Positions 9,761 to 19,548 are shown, counted from the stretch's first letter. The stretch: 64,000 bases of DNA from a virus (IMGVR_UViG_3300028797_000096:141860-205859), one strand, 5' to 3'. Translations and numbers: made by a program. The notes: generated by a model from the letters alone, not told the origin.

Positions 9761-10602
9761 TGAAATCTGTTTTAGTTATTGGTGATTTAAATGATAAATT
9801 AAAATCTGTTTTAGAAAAGGCTAAAAAACAAGATATTATTTATCACTATGTAAATTATGAAATTTATAATGAAATACATGAAACCGCTAATGAACAATTA
9901 CGCTTGACTACACCAGTATTGTCAAATGAACAGTTTTGTGATATGTTTATTAACACAACTAAAAGAGATGAATTACTTAATGAATGGATTATATTGAAAG
10001 GTAATATTCATACCAAAGATTTTATTAAAATTTTGATTAAATTTGAAAGAACTTTTGATCCTTTAAATAGATATGATTTGTTTTTATCTCATGTTGTAAA
10101 ATTAGTATCTAAAAGAAAGAATATGCCAAGTTTTTATTTATCAGATGCTGCATTAAATGTTAAACAAATGATAGATCATAACGTTTTAGGTAATGTTATA
10201 GAAAATGCTAAAGATTTTGTATCTAAGAAAATAGAAAATCCTAAAACAGTTATTATTTTAGCAGCTGATAACAAAAGTATACCTTATCATGACGTTATTA
10301 CACAAACATTAGATGTTCATTTTTGGAATAATAAAATAGAAATAAAACAATTTGATGAATGTTTTGATTTAGCTTCATATTTGAATAAAAATCCTAATGC
10401 TGATGCTGAATCATTTACATATCCAGATTTATTGATTACAGATATTACAGTAGGTAATTGTATTTGGAAATCATTAACTATTTTAAATGATTATTATGCA
10501 ATAGGACAAGTTATAGGTGGTCAATTAAATACTATTTTATTAAGTAGATCAGATTCAGAAGAATCATATCTTGAATCAATTAAGAATAGTGCAGGAAAAT
10601 AA
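9760..10602 (+). CDS. Phosphate acetyl/butyryltransferase (PTA_PTB) family homolog
   Basis: LKGNIHTKDF, LSHV, SDAALNV, VGNCIWKSL and LLSRSDSEESYLESI align by eye with Ptb motifs (MKG..xT, LSHV, TDAAxN, AGNxLxKSL, TSRADS). Likely start is the ATG at 9760 (TAATG overlap); the track starts at 9739. Confidence 0.7.
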   Translation: MKSVLVIGDLNDKLKSVLEKAKKQDIIYHYVNYEIYNEIHETANEQLRLTTPVLSNEQFCDMFINTTKRDELLNEWIILKGNIHTKDFIKILIKFERTFDPLNRYDLFLSHVVKLVSKRKNMPSFYLSDAALNVKQMIDHNVLGNVIENAKDFVSKKIENPKTVIILAADNKSIPYHDVITQTLDVHFWNNKIEIKQFDECFDLASYLNKNPNADAESFTYPDLLITDITVGNCIWKSLTILNDYYAIGQVIGGQLNTILLSRSDSEESYLESIKNSAGK

Positions 10603-10697
10603 TGGTAAAAGATGAATCGACAATTTTAGACTACATAATAATAGGATTAGGTATAATAGTTTTATTTACTGCAATATTTGTATCACCAGAATTATAA
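10602..10697 (+). CDS. Small single-TM peptide (31 aa; not in ORF track)
   Basis: MVKDESTILDYIIIGLGIIVLFTAIFVSPEL*. TAATG coupling to the upstream stop. Confidence 0.55.
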   Translation: MVKDESTILDYIIIGLGIIVLFTAIFVSPEL

Positions 10698-10706
10698 GGA
10701 TTAGAT

Positions 10707-10871
10707 ATGAAACCAAATGAAGTAAGTAAATTAGAAGATTTAGAGTTACTGACTGAATTTTTAAATATTAAAATAGAATATGAAACAAATTGTAATAAAA
10801 AAGTTAAGAAGTTATATGAAGCATTAAAAAAAGAGATTGAAAAAAGGAGCAATGAAGATGAAAAAGAATAG
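10707..10871 (+). CDS. Hypothetical protein (54 aa; not in ORF track)
   Basis: AAGGA SD. MKPNEVSKLEDLELLTEFLNIKIEYETNCNKKVKKLYEALKKEIEKRSNEDEKE*. Fills the gap in a + strand operon. Confidence 0.6.
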   Translation: MKPNEVSKLEDLELLTEFLNIKIEYETNCNKKVKKLYEALKKEIEKRSNEDEKE

Positions 10872-11523
10872 ATTTAAAGATTTTTTAGAAAATGTAGTAC
10901 ATTACGGGTATTATAAGGGTATTCGTAGATTGATTCCTAAGTATCAAGGTCGTACAATATTTACACATTTTTATTGGCGTACTTTAAAAGATCGCTGGAC
11001 TAAAGGATTTGATGAAACAGAGCTTTGGAGTTTGGATTATAGTTTAACTAAACTTATTGCACCACGTTTAAGAGCTTTTAAAGATGTATATATTGATAAT
11101 CCAGCATATGTTCCAAGTAGCTTTTTATGGGATGAACAACAAAAATCTTTAAAAAAGGGTTATAAATGGGATTCTCATTGGAGTAGATTAGCCGATAAAA
11201 AAGAGGATAAAAGATGTTGGAATCGCGCTATAAAAGAATGGTCAGATATTTTAACTCATATGTGTGATGCTTTTGATGATATGGAATTAGAAAATACTGA
11301 TTGGGATGGATGGAATAAAAAATGGGAACCTATGGTAAAAAAATGCAATAAACAATTAGACAAAGCCAAAACATTAAAAGAAAAGAAAGAAATTTGGGCT
11401 AAATTAGTATCTAATCGTGAATATAGAGAAGGTTATTATTTTTGTACAGAGGATATAGTATATAATATGAGAGAAGTAGGTAAATATTTATTTGTAAAAC
11501 ATTATGGAAATTTATGGAATTAA
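10837..11523 (+). CDS. Hypothetical phage protein (Trp-rich)
   Basis: 228-aa ORF; true start probably 10852 or 10858 after AGGAG. No family confidently recognised. Confidence 0.6.
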   Translation: MKKGAMKMKKNRFKDFLENVVHYGYYKGIRRLIPKYQGRTIFTHFYWRTLKDRWTKGFDETELWSLDYSLTKLIAPRLRAFKDVYIDNPAYVPSSFLWDEQQKSLKKGYKWDSHWSRLADKKEDKRCWNRAIKEWSDILTHMCDAFDDMELENTDWDGWNKKWEPMVKKCNKQLDKAKTLKEKKEIWAKLVSNREYREGYYFCTEDIVYNMREVGKYLFVKHYGNLWN

Positions 11524-11849
11524 TGGAATAAACGGTTAAATGCCATTAAATCATCTTCATAACGAATACGATAATAAATAATTATATTTTTAATCTTAGT
11601 TATATCATCAGTGTCTACAAAAAACCATTCTCCCATACATTTTGTAGACACTTTTTTTAATTCTTTATGTACAATTTTTTCTATCTTTAATAAATGTGCT
11701 CGGGTACATTCAAAAGCTTCTGTATATAATAATGTAAGTTTATGTGCATTACCAGTTTGTAATTGTCTTAAACGGCGATCTGGATTATTAGATACACCTA
11801 CTTTAATATAACCTTTATCATTTGCAATAATATACATATAATCTGACAT
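11520..11849 (-). CDS. GIY-YIG superfamily nuclease (T5orf172/MUG113 type)
   Basis: YMYII...YIKVGVSNNPDRRLRQLQTGN...EKIVH...GEWF. Confidence 0.85.
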   Translation of the reverse strand: MSDYMYIIANDKGYIKVGVSNNPDRRLRQLQTGNAHKLTLLYTEAFECTRAHLLKIEKIVHKELKKVSTKCMGEWFFVDTDDITKIKNIIIYYRIRYEDDLMAFNRLFH

Positions 11850-11893
11850 ATTATATAGAACTATTTAAAATATATAGTTTTTGGAAAAATTTT

Positions 11894-11924
11894 GTTTTAC
11901 AATATAATCTTTTTGGTATATAAT
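11894..11924 (+). promoter_or_regulatory. Sigma70-type (early) promoter
   Basis: GT-TTTACA-N17-TATAAT upstream of the 11952 gene. Confidence 0.7.
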
Positions 11925-11951
11925 TATAATAAATAAAGAGGATTTGAAAAA

Positions 11952-12197
11952 ATGAATGAAAAAGACCTTGTGTTAGATTCGAATGGAGCAGCACCTTGTA
12001 AGATATGTAGGCGTAAAAACATAATAAGTTATCCTACCTATTTTAAGGTAGATAATTTGGTATATGCTAGATGTACTAATTGTGAAAAATATAGTCCATA
12101 TGAATTTGTTGGTGCTAATAAAAAAGGTGCAGTAAATCATTGGAATTTAGTAATGCAAAGTAGAGATACAGATACTTCGACAAACACAGATGAATAA
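11952..12197 (+). CDS. Zn-ribbon protein, Lar (restriction alleviation)-like
   Basis: PCKIC...ARCTNC...AVNHWN pattern (CxxC...CxxC...AxxxWN). Confidence 0.5.
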   Translation: MNEKDLVLDSNGAAPCKICRRKNIISYPTYFKVDNLVYARCTNCEKYSPYEFVGANKKGAVNHWNLVMQSRDTDTSTNTDE

Positions 12198-14079
12198 GAA
12201 AATAAAAGATATTATTAAAGCCGCTAATCTTGCCTATTCAGAAGGTGGGGTATATGTATTAACTCAGGAAGATTTGGTACAAGTTAATAAGATTTTAAAT
12301 TTAGAATTAACTGAAACGCGCTTAGTTGATAGTATATATGATATTATATATACTGAAGCTAAAAAGAAATGGCCTGGCAATAAATTTTTTAAAGAATTAC
12401 AAGCTGAAAATGCGGGTTATGGTAAAGAAGTAATTCATAGTGAACCAATGGGAAGTATGGAAGAGTTAAAAGAAGGAGATTGGGACAAATGGAAAGTAGG
12501 TCATCATTTGTTTTTATTGAGTGAAAAATTAGATGGTTGTTCTATCATTCTTACATATAAAGAAGGTAAATTATATTCAGCTGCAACTAGAGGTAGAGGT
12601 ATAAAAGGAAAAGATATCATGCGTCATATTCCTTTTATATCTAATATACCACAAACCATAACAAATACTGATACGTTAGTAGTTCGTGGTGAATTATTAT
12701 GTCCTAAAGATGAAATATCTACAATGTTACAAGAAGTAGCAGAAATAGAAGGCAAAGAACAAAAGAATGGACGTAATACCATTGCCGGTGCTTTAAATAG
12801 AAAAGAAAGTAATGAAGCTGTATTTAAGCATGCACATTTTGTTGCATATTGGAGTTCAAAAGGCAAAGGATTAGATATAGATGATTATTTAGACGAACTT
12901 GGATTTGAAACGCCTTGGAATTTTGAAATAGATGATACTACTACAGAAAAAGAATTAATTGAACAAGTAAAAGAATTCTTATTTATATCTAAATATGAAA
13001 TAGATGGTATTATTTTAACACAAGTAGATAATCCAGAAGAAGGCTTTATATCTGGTACTATTAATCCTAAATGTAGTCGTAAATTTAAGATTGGTATTTA
13101 TGATAATAAAGCAGAATCTATCGTTAAAGATATTACTTGGCAACCTTCAAAATCAGGTAAATTAACTCCGGTATTAAATATTGAACCAATTGAATTATGT
13201 GGATCTACTATATCTAATGTAACAGGTCATAATTATCAAAATTTAGTAGATAAACAATGTGGTATTGGATCTAAAGTAATAATTAAACGGGCCGGATTAG
13301 TTATTCCATATCTTGAAGAAGTATTAACACCTTCAACTGATTTTAATTTGCCTAATGATATTTATCAAGAGGGTGTAGATTTATATTTAAAAGATAAAAG
13401 TATAAAAGAAGTAACTATTCAACGATTAATGCATTTTGCTGAAACATTAAAATTAGATCAAGCAGGTGAAGCATCTATGAAAAAGCTTCTAGATATGAAT
13501 CCACAGCTTGAAAATCCATTATTTTTGTTATCATTTAATGAAGCAACATTTGTAATTGCATTGGGAGTTAATGGTAGTAAATTATATAATAGTATTCAAA
13601 AAATTAAAGATGAAATTACTGAATCTAAACTTGCAGATGCTTGTGGTGCATTTGGTCCAGGTTTTGGTGAAAGTTTATTATCTCAAATTGAACAAAAATA
13701 TGGTGAACTGGTATCTTTAACTGAAGAAATTGAAAATTTTGGGTCTAATAGAGTAAAGCAATATAACAATAACTATGGTAATTGGTTAAGTATAATTAGT
13801 CTATTTAAATCTTTTGGATATCAATTTAAGAAAATACAGAAAAATTCGACTTTACCTTTTAATAAATATGTGATATGCTTTACAGGTGTTAGAGATAAAG
13901 AATTCGCAAAATATTTAGAAGATAATGGAGCTACAGTAACTGAAACATTTAGTAAAAAAGTAAATGTTCTGATTGCAAAAGATCCAAATAGTACTTCTAG
14001 TAAAATCATGAAAGCAAAGGAGCAAAAATGTTTGATTCTATCCTTAGAAACGGCCAAGCTTCAGTTGATGAAGAAATAA
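12190..14079 (+). CDS. ligA: NAD-dependent DNA ligase
   Basis: EKLDG adenylation motif, ATRGRG, VRGE, RNTIAG, EIDGII, OB-fold KLTPV..VTGHN..RAGLVIP, and a C-terminal BRCT (CFTG..LE..GA..SKK..SSK..KA). No Zn finger seen. Confidence 0.95.
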   Translation: MNKKIKDIIKAANLAYSEGGVYVLTQEDLVQVNKILNLELTETRLVDSIYDIIYTEAKKKWPGNKFFKELQAENAGYGKEVIHSEPMGSMEELKEGDWDKWKVGHHLFLLSEKLDGCSIILTYKEGKLYSAATRGRGIKGKDIMRHIPFISNIPQTITNTDTLVVRGELLCPKDEISTMLQEVAEIEGKEQKNGRNTIAGALNRKESNEAVFKHAHFVAYWSSKGKGLDIDDYLDELGFETPWNFEIDDTTTEKELIEQVKEFLFISKYEIDGIILTQVDNPEEGFISGTINPKCSRKFKIGIYDNKAESIVKDITWQPSKSGKLTPVLNIEPIELCGSTISNVTGHNYQNLVDKQCGIGSKVIIKRAGLVIPYLEEVLTPSTDFNLPNDIYQEGVDLYLKDKSIKEVTIQRLMHFAETLKLDQAGEASMKKLLDMNPQLENPLFLLSFNEATFVIALGVNGSKLYNSIQKIKDEITESKLADACGAFGPGFGESLLSQIEQKYGELVSLTEEIENFGSNRVKQYNNNYGNWLSIISLFKSFGYQFKKIQKNSTLPFNKYVICFTGVRDKEFAKYLEDNGATVTETFSKKVNVLIAKDPNSTSSKIMKAKEQKCLILSLETAKLQLMKK

Positions 14080-14420
14080 AAAAAGAAGATCTTTGTACTA
14101 TACCAGTAGGTACTTCAGCTTGGGTAGATATACATGCTAATAATGGTATTTACGGTACAGTTAATTTAGATCCTCCGCATCTTATAAATACATCTTTTGA
14201 TGGATTTATGATAAATTATATGGAAGCAAAAGAAAGAAATGACTTTGCTAAGATAATACTTCTTGGTTATGAGATAATTTATAATAATTTGTGTAAAGTT
14301 TGTCCAGATAAAAAAGAAAGTTTTGAAGTTTTATTAAAAATGAATGCATATAGTTATGTTAAAACTGTATTAGCCATAGAAGAACAACTGCTTAAAGAAA
14401 CATCAACAGAAATGGAATAA
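14028..14420 (+). CDS. Hypothetical protein
   Basis: ORF in a + strand operon; start uncertain. Confidence 0.5.
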   Translation: MFDSILRNGQASVDEEIKKEDLCTIPVGTSAWVDIHANNGIYGTVNLDPPHLINTSFDGFMINYMEAKERNDFAKIILLGYEIIYNNLCKVCPDKKESFEVLLKMNAYSYVKTVLAIEEQLLKETSTEME

Positions 14421-14479
14421 TTTTTTATATAATCCTCGTTTATATAATGTTCTATATATTATAAATAAAGGAGTTTTAT

Positions 14480-14686
14480 ATGTCAGATGCTGTTAGTACA
14501 TCCGCTCAAGATGCTTCGTTAGCAAAAGCTTTGGGAATGCAATTTAATCCAGATGGTTCACTTTCTAGTGCATCAAATGTTGGTAATACACCCTTATTTA
14601 AAAGAATGAATCGTAAACAACGTCGTGCAAGAGGTATGTATAGCCATAAATTTGCAAAGGTTCTTAAGCATAAATCTCATATTTAA
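14480..14686 (+). CDS. Hypothetical basic protein
   Basis: AAGGAG SD, preceded by GTTCTA (14449-14454). Contains NRKQRRARG. Confidence 0.6.
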   Translation: MSDAVSTSAQDASLAKALGMQFNPDGSLSSASNVGNTPLFKRMNRKQRRARGMYSHKFAKVLKHKSHI

Positions 14687-14697
14687 AGGTTATAATT

Positions 14698-15243
14698 ATG
14701 GATCAATTTGAAGAATTATTAGAAGTTGTAAAAGATGAATTTAAAAAACGTCTAAAATTAAAAAAATTAGACGATTATGATAGTATTCCTTTTGATACAG
14801 CTAAAGAACTACTTGAAGAAGATGATATTTTAGTTTATGGTGAGTTTAAAGATACATTAACTACACCTTGGTCGGTTGCTAGATATATTAAATTGTATTT
14901 AGAAGAAAAGGAATTGATTAAGCAAGTAGAAAATGATCTTAAAAATATTTCAGATAAAGTAGAGTATTGTTTTATTAAACATTTATCTTGTAATATTCAA
15001 TTTACAAGTAAATTTGAAGAAGGTGTTAAACGTCAAACTTTAATTGTAAAATATTATTTAGATGAAGATGATAAAATTCAATATAAATTAACAAATATTG
15101 GTACAAATGCTTGTTGGGATATTACTAAAGCTCAGTTACGAGCATTATTAAGTAATGAAATAATTATTGCTGAAAAAATAATAGATCCAAAAGCAAAAAA
15201 GAAAAGTTGGTTTAGCTATATTAAAAAGAAATTAGGATTATAA
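14698..15243 (+). CDS. Hypothetical protein
   Basis: 181-aa ORF with AAGG SD. Confidence 0.6.
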   Translation: MDQFEELLEVVKDEFKKRLKLKKLDDYDSIPFDTAKELLEEDDILVYGEFKDTLTTPWSVARYIKLYLEEKELIKQVENDLKNISDKVEYCFIKHLSCNIQFTSKFEEGVKRQTLIVKYYLDEDDKIQYKLTNIGTNACWDITKAQLRALLSNEIIIAEKIIDPKAKKKSWFSYIKKKLGL

Positions 15244-15246
15244 AAT

Positions 15247-15627
15247 ATGCTTACTAAAGAACAGTTTGTAAATGCTATGAAATTCTTTGATGAAGAAGAT
15301 CGGCTTCGTTTAGATATTACTGCATTTGCTGAAAAATTCTTTGATGGAAATGGGTTACTGTTTACAGGCTTTGATAAAATGTGTAAACGATATATTACAT
15401 TATTATGTCAAGCGATGGATTTAGACCCAGATGATCCTTATAATCTTATTGAATATTGGTTATATGAAGTTAATAATAATATTTATGGTGAGCCAGATGA
15501 GGCAGGCATTTGTAAAAAAATCGGTGAAGCAGATCATAAGTTTTTTACAATAAAAGAAGGTGATGTAACTTATACTATTAATAATGTAGAAGAGTTATAT
15601 GATTATATATATCATTGTTATGCATAA
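15247..15627 (+). CDS. Hypothetical phage protein
   Basis: 126-aa ORF (IEYWLYE...ELYDYI). Followed by the hairpin agcgaaaaa/tttttcgct at about 15658-15682. Confidence 0.6.
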   Translation: MLTKEQFVNAMKFFDEEDRLRLDITAFAEKFFDGNGLLFTGFDKMCKRYITLLCQAMDLDPDDPYNLIEYWLYEVNNNIYGEPDEAGICKKIGEADHKFFTIKEGDVTYTINNVEELYDYIYHCYA

Positions 15628-15679
15628 ACCGTATTTTATAAACAGTTTGGAAAATTAAGCGAAAAAAATTTTATTTTTC

Positions 15680-15710
15680 GCTTTCTTTTTTTATGAAAAG
15701 GCGTTATAAT
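15680..15710 (+). promoter_or_regulatory. Sigma70-type (early) promoter
   Basis: GC-TTTCTT-N17-TATAAT. Confidence 0.55.
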
Positions 15711-15810
15711 ACAATAGGAAAAAGAAAAAAGAATATACTTTGAAAGAAAGGTTATTCGATTTCGATTTCAAAACCAATGAAAATAAATTTTACTACCAAG
15801 GAGGACGCAC

Positions 15811-16209
15811 ATGGGAATAGTAAAAATAAAACTTCATACATGGCAAAGATGTGGAAATCGTGAAACAAAATTCAAAAGAGGTACAGCAGCACGCGAAGCC
15901 TTTGTTGAATATGATACAGCAACAAATCAAGTAACTCTCAAAGAAGGTTCTAAGAAATGGAAACCTTGGGATACTTCCCTTCCACGCGGCAAAGATATTG
16001 GCTACATAAATGAAAGAAAAGAATTGTATTCTGGATTATGCTTTGAAAGCAAGAAAGATGCAGTAAAATTTATGCAGAAGCATCATGCTGAGTTGGAAGG
16101 ATTCGCAAAAGCGAATCCTTTATTCGATCACTGGAGTGTAATGAATGTGATCAAACGCTTTGAACCAAAAAATAAAAAAGTTTATGGTAAAGATATTAAA
16201 GAAGATTAA
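15811..16209 (+). CDS. Hypothetical protein
   Basis: AGGAGG SD; 132 aa. Confidence 0.65.
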   Translation: MGIVKIKLHTWQRCGNRETKFKRGTAAREAFVEYDTATNQVTLKEGSKKWKPWDTSLPRGKDIGYINERKELYSGLCFESKKDAVKFMQKHHAELEGFAKANPLFDHWSVMNVIKRFEPKNKKVYGKDIKED

Positions 16210-16233
16210 TATAGTTATCGTAGAAAGGAGAGT

Positions 16234-16623
16234 ATGATGAAAAAGGTAGCGTATAAACAAACGATTGAACATATCAATCAAGAGTTTAATATTCCTAAAA
16301 ATTATAAGATAGGTAAAGTTTCGGATATTTGTAAATCTTACTATAATCCAGATTTACCAAAAACAAATAATTTGGAAGAATTTTATAAAAGAGCTCCTAG
16401 ATATAGTTTTACTGTATATTTGCGTGGCTCTATTACGCTACCTTGTCATACATTTTTGTTCAATACAGAACAATCTGCAAAAAATATGCATAAAAAATAT
16501 CTTGCTCGTTATATAGATCAAGAATTAGAAAAATACCGGAAAAGAGTTAATTCCGGTAAAAAATTGAGTATAAGTGAAATAGATAAATGTAAAGAAATTC
16601 AAGCATTACTACCTGAAGATTGA
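16234..16623 (+). CDS. Hypothetical protein
   Basis: AAGGAG SD; 129 aa. Confidence 0.6.
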   Translation: MMKKVAYKQTIEHINQEFNIPKNYKIGKVSDICKSYYNPDLPKTNNLEEFYKRAPRYSFTVYLRGSITLPCHTFLFNTEQSAKNMHKKYLARYIDQELEKYRKRVNSGKKLSISEIDKCKEIQALLPED

Positions 16624-16958
16624 GATATTAATTTTTTCTTATCACGTTTTTGTAATGCTTTTTTAAATTTTTCATAATTTTCAGGGTTTTTATACCAATT
16701 GGCTCTACGTGAAGCAGCCGTTTTATATGCTTCATCATATTTACCCTCTTTACGCTTTTTTAATTTTGTTTCCCGTGCTTTTGCCTTAGCTTCTTCACTG
16801 TTACCTAAACCACCTTCATACATAATACGACGAATTTCTTTATCTTCATCAGGTTTTGACATTTGATATTTATGTTTTTGAAGATCACCAAATGATTTAA
16901 ATTTACCTTCATATTCTAATAATTCTAATGTTTGATCTAATATTTGTCTTAATGTCAT
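16599..16958 (-). CDS. Basic protein with NUMOD3-like segment (putative DNA-binding partner of the adjacent nuclease)
   Basis: SEEAKAKARETKLKKRKEG...RRANWYKNPE resembles NUMOD3-type repeats. AAGGTG SD. Confidence 0.45.
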   Translation of the reverse strand: MTLRQILDQTLELLEYEGKFKSFGDLQKHKYQMSKPDEDKEIRRIMYEGGLGNSEEAKAKARETKLKKRKEGKYDEAYKTAASRRANWYKNPENYEKFKKALQKRDKKKLISQSSGSNA

Positions 16959-16969
16959 AATTACACCTT

Positions 16970-17443
16970 TTAATATAGATTATCACCAGGACCTCTATAA
17001 AAACGCCCATTTGATCTTCTTTTTTTATCGTCATCTTCCCAAACAAAGAAAATTTTACAGCCAATACTTTGAAGAAAATTAAATCTTTCTATCGTTTCAT
17101 TGTATAATTGATTTGGTGATTTTTTAAGGAAAGGTATAATTGCATCTCTATTTCTAGAATAAGTACGATGAGAACCATGCCAACTACAACCTAAATATTC
17201 AAAACATGTATTAGTTTTAGGATCATAACCATCAACTATATAAATCTTTCCATGAAAACCTCTTATTAACTTAGATCTTTCGGGTACACCTAATAAATTA
17301 AGCCAATTTATTTCAGATTGAGATATTCCATGTTTAATATTTGTATTGCCTACTTTAATTAATTGCTGTCTAGGAATAGCTTTTTTCCTGTTTAGTATAG
17401 ATTTAATTTTAGCTCTTGTTTTAAATGAAGTTCTGCTATACAT
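16970..17443 (-). CDS. Vsr/DUF559-like PD-(D/E)xK endonuclease
   Basis: SQSEINWL...YIVDGYDPKTNTCFEYLGCSWHG...FFVWEDD. Confidence 0.75.
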   Translation of the reverse strand: MYSRTSFKTRAKIKSILNRKKAIPRQQLIKVGNTNIKHGISQSEINWLNLLGVPERSKLIRGFHGKIYIVDGYDPKTNTCFEYLGCSWHGSHRTYSRNRDAIIPFLKKSPNQLYNETIERFNFLQSIGCKIFFVWEDDDKKRRSNGRFYRGPGDNLY

Positions 17444-17570
17444 GGGGTTTAAATTTTTAAAATAATTTCTATATATTATATAGAACTGAAAATTTATAGT
17501 TCTAATAAAAGTAAATACAGAATAACCTGGTTTACGTTTTAATAACTTACTATAAAAATAGGAGTATGAT

Positions 17571-18083
17571 ATGACAGAAAAAAATACACTAACATTATCC
17601 CGTCCAGCAAACGCTATTTCAGAATTATTGCGTGATTTTGACGGTTTTTTTAATTTTAATCCCTTTATTAATTGGGATAATGATATTCCAACATTAAGAA
17701 ATACATTAATAGATCGTACCGGATTTCCTCGTGCTAATGTTAAAAACGTATCTACAAAAGATGAAGAACGTTTGTTATTTGAATTGGCTTTACCAGGATG
17801 GAATCATGATAATAGTAAATTAGATATTACTATTGATAAAGGTATTATGAAAATTGAAGGTACTTTTATGGGTGATAAAGAAGAAGAACCTAATACAAAA
17901 AGTGAACATTATGGTAAAGAATATGAACATAATATCTCATCTAAAACACAGTTTACTTGGTCTCATAGTGTAACAGAAGATACAGAATTTGAATCTGCAA
18001 AGCTTAAAGATGGCTTATTACGCGTAATTGTTAAAATACCTCAACCTAATAAGCCCAAACCAAAATCGATTACTGTGGAGTAA
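17571..18083 (+). CDS. Small heat-shock protein (Hsp20/alpha-crystallin)
   Basis: FPRANV...FELALPGW...LDITIDKGIMKIEG...AKLKDGLLRVIV.IP. Confidence 0.9.
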   Translation: MTEKNTLTLSRPANAISELLRDFDGFFNFNPFINWDNDIPTLRNTLIDRTGFPRANVKNVSTKDEERLLFELALPGWNHDNSKLDITIDKGIMKIEGTFMGDKEEEPNTKSEHYGKEYEHNISSKTQFTWSHSVTEDTEFESAKLKDGLLRVIVKIPQPNKPKPKSITVE

Positions 18084-18118
18084 TTATAGAGCTTAAAAGG
18101 AGGCTAAAAAGGAGCATA

Positions 18119-18158
18119 GTTTATACCCCAAACTCTATATTTGGGGTATAAATTTTAT
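18119..18158 (+). terminator. Hairpin terminator after hsp20
   Basis: tttataccccaaa-ctctata-tttggggtataaa followed by tttt. Confidence 0.7.
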
Positions 18159-18159
18159 T

Positions 18160-18190
18160 GCTTTACTTTACCTTTAATTTTGTATATAAT
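18160..18190 (+). promoter_or_regulatory. Sigma70-type (early) promoter
   Basis: GC-TTTACT-N17-TATAAT. Confidence 0.7.
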
Positions 18191-18217
18191 TATAAATATA
18201 AGATAAAGGAATAACCT

Positions 18218-18643
18218 ATGTTTAACTGGCTTAAACGTAAAAAACAAAAAATGTTACTTGATAAGCATTTAAAAAACTTAAAACAATTAATTCTAAATGT
18301 TGATATTTCAGAAAAACCAACAAAAGAAGAATTAGACAAATTTTATAGTCAAATAGAGGCTTGGTCAGATATTCTAATAGAAAGAAGAGAACACGTTGTA
18401 GAAGTAATGAAATGCTTTTCAGTTAAAGATAAATTAGAATTATTTTTACATCTAGATACATGTATTAATAATTATGGTAAAGCTATGATTGAATTAAGTG
18501 AAGCTTTACATACATGTCTTAATAATGAAAAGATTTCTAATGAAACCAAAGTAGAAATAGCTACCTTTGGTAAAGATAATTTAATTAAAGCAGAAGAAAC
18601 TTTGAAAAAAATACAAGCATTAGCTAAAAGTTTAACAGAATAA
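18218..18643 (+). CDS. Hypothetical helical protein
   Basis: 141-aa ORF with AAGGA SD, co-transcribed with the AAA ATPase. Confidence 0.6.
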   Translation: MFNWLKRKKQKMLLDKHLKNLKQLILNVDISEKPTKEELDKFYSQIEAWSDILIERREHVVEVMKCFSVKDKLELFLHLDTCINNYGKAMIELSEALHTCLNNEKISNETKVEIATFGKDNLIKAEETLKKIQALAKSLTE

Positions 18644-18655
18644 CGGAGTATATAA

Positions 18656-19540
18656 ATGGCAAACAATAATAATCCAACAGATCCAAATTTCGTTCGTATT
18701 ATTGTACAGGGTATTGATGATCCTCGTGTATTGGATTTATTACCACCAGAAATTCGGGAAGCTATTCAAAAGGATATTCAAAATGGTGGCTCAGGTAGTA
18801 TGCCAACTAAAGAGCAAGATGAACCAGAAGTACCAAAAGAAAAGATTAAATTTGATTTTGGTATGGTTAATTGTAATACAGATTTAAAAGAATTGACTAA
18901 AAAATTAAAAGCTTCTAAACATACAGATTATGGTATTTTATTATATGGTGAATCTGGGTCTGGAAAGTCATATTATGGACAATATTTAGCACAAGAATTG
19001 GGTATGCCTATTATTAAACGCCGTGCATCTGATCTTATTGATAAATGGGTTGGTGCTACCGAAAAGAATATTCGTATGGCATTTAAGGAAGCAAAAGAAA
19101 AGAAAGCTATTTTATTATTAGATGAAGCAGATACTTTCTTATTTGATAGAAGAAAAGCTGAAAGAGATTTTGAATGCGCAGCTACAAATGAAGTATTAAC
19201 ACAAATGGAAGATCATCCTTATCCATTTATTATGACTACTAATTTAAAATCTAAGCTTGATCCTGCTTCTTTGCGTAGATTCTTATTTAAAATTAAATAT
19301 GATTATATGCAAGAAAAGAATGTGGTATCTGGAATTAAAACTTATTTCGGTAAAGATTTTAGTTTAACTAAAGAACAATTAAAAGAATTAAAGTATATTA
19401 CAGCAGGTGATTTTAAAATCGCTAAGCGTAAAATGGATGTACTTGAAAATGAAGTTTATACAAATGAACTTATTTATGAATATTTAAAGCATGAGCAAGA
19501 TGAAAAAGAAATAAAAGAAAGTACACCTATTGAACTATAA
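18656..19540 (+). CDS. AAA+ ATPase (single module)
   Basis: Walker A YGESGSGKS, Walker B LLLDEAD, sensor-1 MTTN, Arg finger LDPASLRRF. Confidence 0.92.
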   Translation: MANNNNPTDPNFVRIIVQGIDDPRVLDLLPPEIREAIQKDIQNGGSGSMPTKEQDEPEVPKEKIKFDFGMVNCNTDLKELTKKLKASKHTDYGILLYGESGSGKSYYGQYLAQELGMPIIKRRASDLIDKWVGATEKNIRMAFKEAKEKKAILLLDEADTFLFDRRKAERDFECAATNEVLTQMEDHPYPFIMTTNLKSKLDPASLRRFLFKIKYDYMQEKNVVSGIKTYFGKDFSLTKEQLKELKYITAGDFKIAKRKMDVLENEVYTNELIYEYLKHEQDEKEIKESTPIEL

Positions 19541-19548
19541 AGTTCTAT

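Noticed and set aside
15740-15820. Possible 26-aa TTG-started ORF upstream of the 15811 gene
   Set aside because: Too short, with a weak start context and no motif; cannot be supported.
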